Source of the DNA: Octopus sinensis
Taxonomy: Eukaryota
Length of the DNA stretch: 64,000 bases
Reading direction: 5' to 3'
Assembly: GCF_006345805.1 (NCBI RefSeq)
Contig: NC_042998.1
Location: 153,326,001-153,390,000, forward strand
Shown here: positions 60,447-64,000 of the stretch, piece by piece
Layout: each line of letters begins with the position of its first letter
Numbering within the stretch: the stretch's first letter is position 1
The notes under the pieces: model-generated
The model's database searches: none
Told to the model about the DNA's origin: nothing
What the model saw: only the letters and a program-made list of their open reading frames with translations
Made by a program: the position numbers and the translations under genes

Positions 60447-63400
60447 TAATAATAATTCCGGGATGGTGTCTGGCGTACTAGAAGGCCACTGGGAGTGAAG
60501 CACCCCTCAGCTTCTGTTGAAGCATGTCTCTTGGAGAAGGTCACTCTGATATAAAACCAGATATGCAGGGAATGGCATTGGACATTTTGGGGATCTTTAG
60601 TTTGTGCTAGAGATCAGGGCACTCCTACATCCCTGAGTCTGCAACTCATATTGGCACCAGACATCTCACTCTGGCTTGTCTCTGGATAAGGTAAATAGAG
60701 TGGAGAGGGTATATGAGGTGTCGTGCAAGCCTTATTGAAACTCTGCACAGGCATTGCTGACCTCTGCTCGATATGTGCTGCTTTTTTTTTCCTATATATA
60801 TTTATTTTTCTTCAGAAGTCCTGCAGTGATGGGAAGGTGGTGAAGCATGCAGACCTGACGGGTTGGAAGCATGTAGTTAGCAACCTGTACATAGGCAGCC
60901 CATGCTAGATATAAAGTCTTCTCCTTGTCACCCAAAACAGTGATAGGATTCAGTTGCAGCATGGATGTCTGAGCAGCTCCATTTGGAGAGGGCACTGCTC
61001 ACCCAGAGGCCGGGGAGGTTCTAGAAAAGGTGAACCAAAAATTGCCTGTCTTTCTATATCTGGTCATTTTAGCACAACTGATGGATGTCCACCCTGCACT
61101 CAAAAAACAAAGAGACCTTTTTTACAAAATCTGAATTTCATCTTAGAATGTGTGCACTCTGTTGGATAACAAGAGTGATTGTAGGCCTGAAAGATGCGCT
61201 GTACTTGTTGCTTGCGAGCTGAACTGCTATAACATTGATACAGCTGCACTTTCAGTGACTCATATAGAAGGTGATGGTCAGCTTGAGGAAGTAGGAGGTG
61301 GGGAAGGCTGCAGGAGGAGCACAGAGAGGCTGGTGTTGGCTTTGCAGTTCGATCTAATAACCTTAAGAAATTGGAGGAGATTCCTGTTCCTATAAACGAA
61401 CGTCTAATGACTCTACGATTGCACCTGAAAGGTAGGCAGTTTGCATACTCTAATAAGTGCCTTTGTACCTATTTTGACTAGTTGTGATGAAGATGAAACT
61501 ATTTTTTATACCCAGCTGAGAGCCATACTTAGGAAAATCTCCAATTCTGATCAAATCATTCTACTGGGGGATCTTGATTCCAGGGTTGGAACAGACTGGC
61601 AAACATGGAATGTTTAGGTATAGGGAAAATGAGTAGCAATGGTTTCATGTTGCTAGAGCTTTGCAATGAACATGGACTTTACATTGCAAGCGCTCATTTT
61701 ATGCACAAAGGTGATTGCACAACAACGTGGATGCACCCATGGTCTTAAGTTTGGCACTTGCTGGATTATGTCGTCATCCGCAAGTGTGACATCTATGATA
61801 TTTGTAATGTCAAGTTTTTTATATAGCTCGGAATGCTGGACAGACCACATCTGGTGCGAGCAAAGTTCCAGATGATGATTAGAGTGAAAGAGAGAAGAGA
61901 GCCAGTTGACATTCCTCAGCATCTGAATATCCACAAGATATATTATGTTGAGGAAAGAGCTTCAGACTGGCTTGTCCAGCATTTAAAATACTACAGTATT
62001 TTAAGGTCCGTTGGAAGATTTTGGAGACCAGGTTCTTCAATGTGCTTTTGAAACACTGGGATATGCTATTGCCAGATACAGACTAGTTTGATGAAAATAG
62101 TGTTGAAGTTCAGTGACTACTGGTTGTAAAGCACCATGCCCACAATGTACTGCTGCACAGGGGACTTTCAGCAGTGCAGCGAAATCTAGCACTTGCTCAC
62201 TAAAGCAGTGTAAAATCACTACTGCAGCAATCTCTCAGGAAGATACAGAACATTTGGTGGGAGGATCTTGCTCATGATGTTCAGGCTGCTGCTAATGCAA
62301 ATGACAGCAAGAAGCTTTACCATCCTATGAAACAAGTTTATGGGCCTAAGAGCTCTGCATCATCTCCTTTGCTTTCTAAGGAGTCTTCTACTCTGTTTAC
62401 TAAATCAACAGAAATCACAAGTCACTGGATTGAACACTACTCTGAACTCCTAAACCATGAGTCAGTTGTGGAGGAAACAGTGATTGATATTATGCAATAA
62501 AGACCTATCATTGGCTCCTTAAATTCTATGCCCTCAATAGATGAGGTAATGACGTCAATAAGTAAAGTGTATCTTGGTAGGCACCTGAAAGGGATGGAAT
62601 TTTTGCTGAGGTCTTGCGATTTGGTGGTGATTACATCATACAGTCTCTTCATGAACTTATTAATGTAGTCTGGAGAGATGGTGCAATGCCTAAGGACTGG
62701 AAGGATGCAATTATTCTTCCTTTCTATAAAGGAAAAGGAGCCTGAACAATGTGTGGTGTATTGCTCTACTATCAGCTGCTGGCAAGGTTCTGGCAAATAT
62801 TCTTCTTACCCACCTGAATAGGTGTCTCATAGATGATGCCCTATCTGTATATCAATGTGGCTTCTGATCTGGTTGAGGGACAATGGATATGATTTTCATA
62901 GCAAAACAGATACAGAAGTGCTTTGAGCAGAATATGGATCATGTCCAAGTATTCATTGATTTAACCAAGGCCTTTGATATTGTGAATAGGTCCTTGCTAT
63001 GAAAAATACTTGGCAAACTTGGATGTCCGGATCACTTTGTATCTATAATTAAATCATTTCATGATGGAGTGGAGGCTTTGGTCAATGTTGGTGGTGGCAT
63101 GGCGGGAGCCATTCTTGTAGAGAATGGTGTCAAGCAGGGTGACATCCTTGCCTCAACTGTCTTTTCTTTGCACTTTGCTGCTGCTTTTACTCATGCTTTT
63201 GCTAAAATTAGCTCTCTGGGAATATATGTCATGTATCGATCTTCTGGCCACCTAGCACTGATTTGCTGCCAATTCAAAAGATTTCTAATCTCTTATTCAT
63301 GACCTCCTTTATGCAGATGACTGTGACTTAGTCACTCATACAGTGGATGACGTGCAAATACATATGAATTGTACTTCTGCTTCTTGCAAGTTATTTGGAA

Positions 63401-64000
63401 TCAGCATTAGCCTGGACAAGACTGTTGTAATGTTCCAGCCTGCACCAGGAAATCCATATGCGGAACCAGCTATCTTGGTTGAAGGAACTATACTGAAAGT
63501 GGTAGACAAGTTTGTCTACCTGGGCAGCACACTCAGCAATTCTTTCTCCATGAATGATGAAATCATCTTTCAGGCTGCAAAGAGCAGCTGATTCCTTCTG
63601 GTCTCTTCAGTCTCATGTCTGGTCCCAGCATGGCATCACAAGGCAAACAAAAATTGCTGTGTACCGTGCATGTGTACTGACATCACTCCTTTACTCATAT
63701 AAGACATGGACCTTTTACAAGTGTCGTGTAAGGGTCCCTAAACACTTTCATTGGAGCTGTCTAAGACATATTCTGAATGTTGGCTGGACCTTAAAAACTC
63801 CAGAAACACAGGTCCAGAGGACAGCTGATATCTTGAGTATTGAGTGATGGTGCAGAAGCACCAGTTATGTTGGACTGGGTACCTTATTAGAATAAAGGAT
63901 AACAGGATCCCTAAACAGATGCTATATGGGGAACTTGTTAGTGAAAAGATACCCTGGCAGAAACCAAGGCTGCAATTTAAGGACTGTGTCAAGTCCCCAT
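60447..64000 (+). mobile_element. Near full-length degraded RTE (BovB-like) LINE running off the window end
   Basis: APE remnants (IDTAALSVTHIEGDGQLEEVGGG at about 61210), RT (GVKQGDILAS, LYADD, KFVYLGSTLS), C-terminal HQLCWTG..RIKDNRIPKQMLYGEL. The 5' end is at (TAA)n. Confidence 0.85.

Noticed and set aside
60447-60620. HDV-like ribozyme in the RTE 5'UTR
   Set aside because: Known for some RTEs, but I could not build the nested double pseudoknot by eye; needs a descriptor search.

Overview
AT-rich animal genomic DNA, not prokaryotic. The repeat content (tRNA-type SINEs, RTE LINEs with (GAT)n tails, Penelope relics, dense (TA)n) suggests a coleoid cephalopod, probably Octopus; this is inference. 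One host gene is recognisable: a single-coding-exon ARL14EP-like gene (26236-27015, minus) with a C-terminal ARF7EP_C Cys-rich domain. The rest is largely transposable-element derived: Tx1/L1, CR1, several RTE copies, R4/Dong-type REL fragments, mariner and hAT relics, non-autonomous Helitrons, foldback MITEs and SINEs. A full-length CsRn1-type Gypsy element (553-bp LTRs, tRNA-Trp PBS, 4-bp TSD) is nested in an RTE. Best second-look items: (1) a HERO-type REL non-LTR element with LTR-like terminal repeats of about 570-590 bp, carrying a conserved TATA+Inr and ending at a hammerhead-topology fold; (2) two locally templated insertions flanked by 16-17 bp duplications, one of which seeded a 1.59-kb tandem duplication; (3) four Penelope-type minimal hammerhead loci; (4) a PHD-like finger inserted inside the RT of one RTE family. 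All alignments and folds were done by eye, and edges of degraded elements are approximate.
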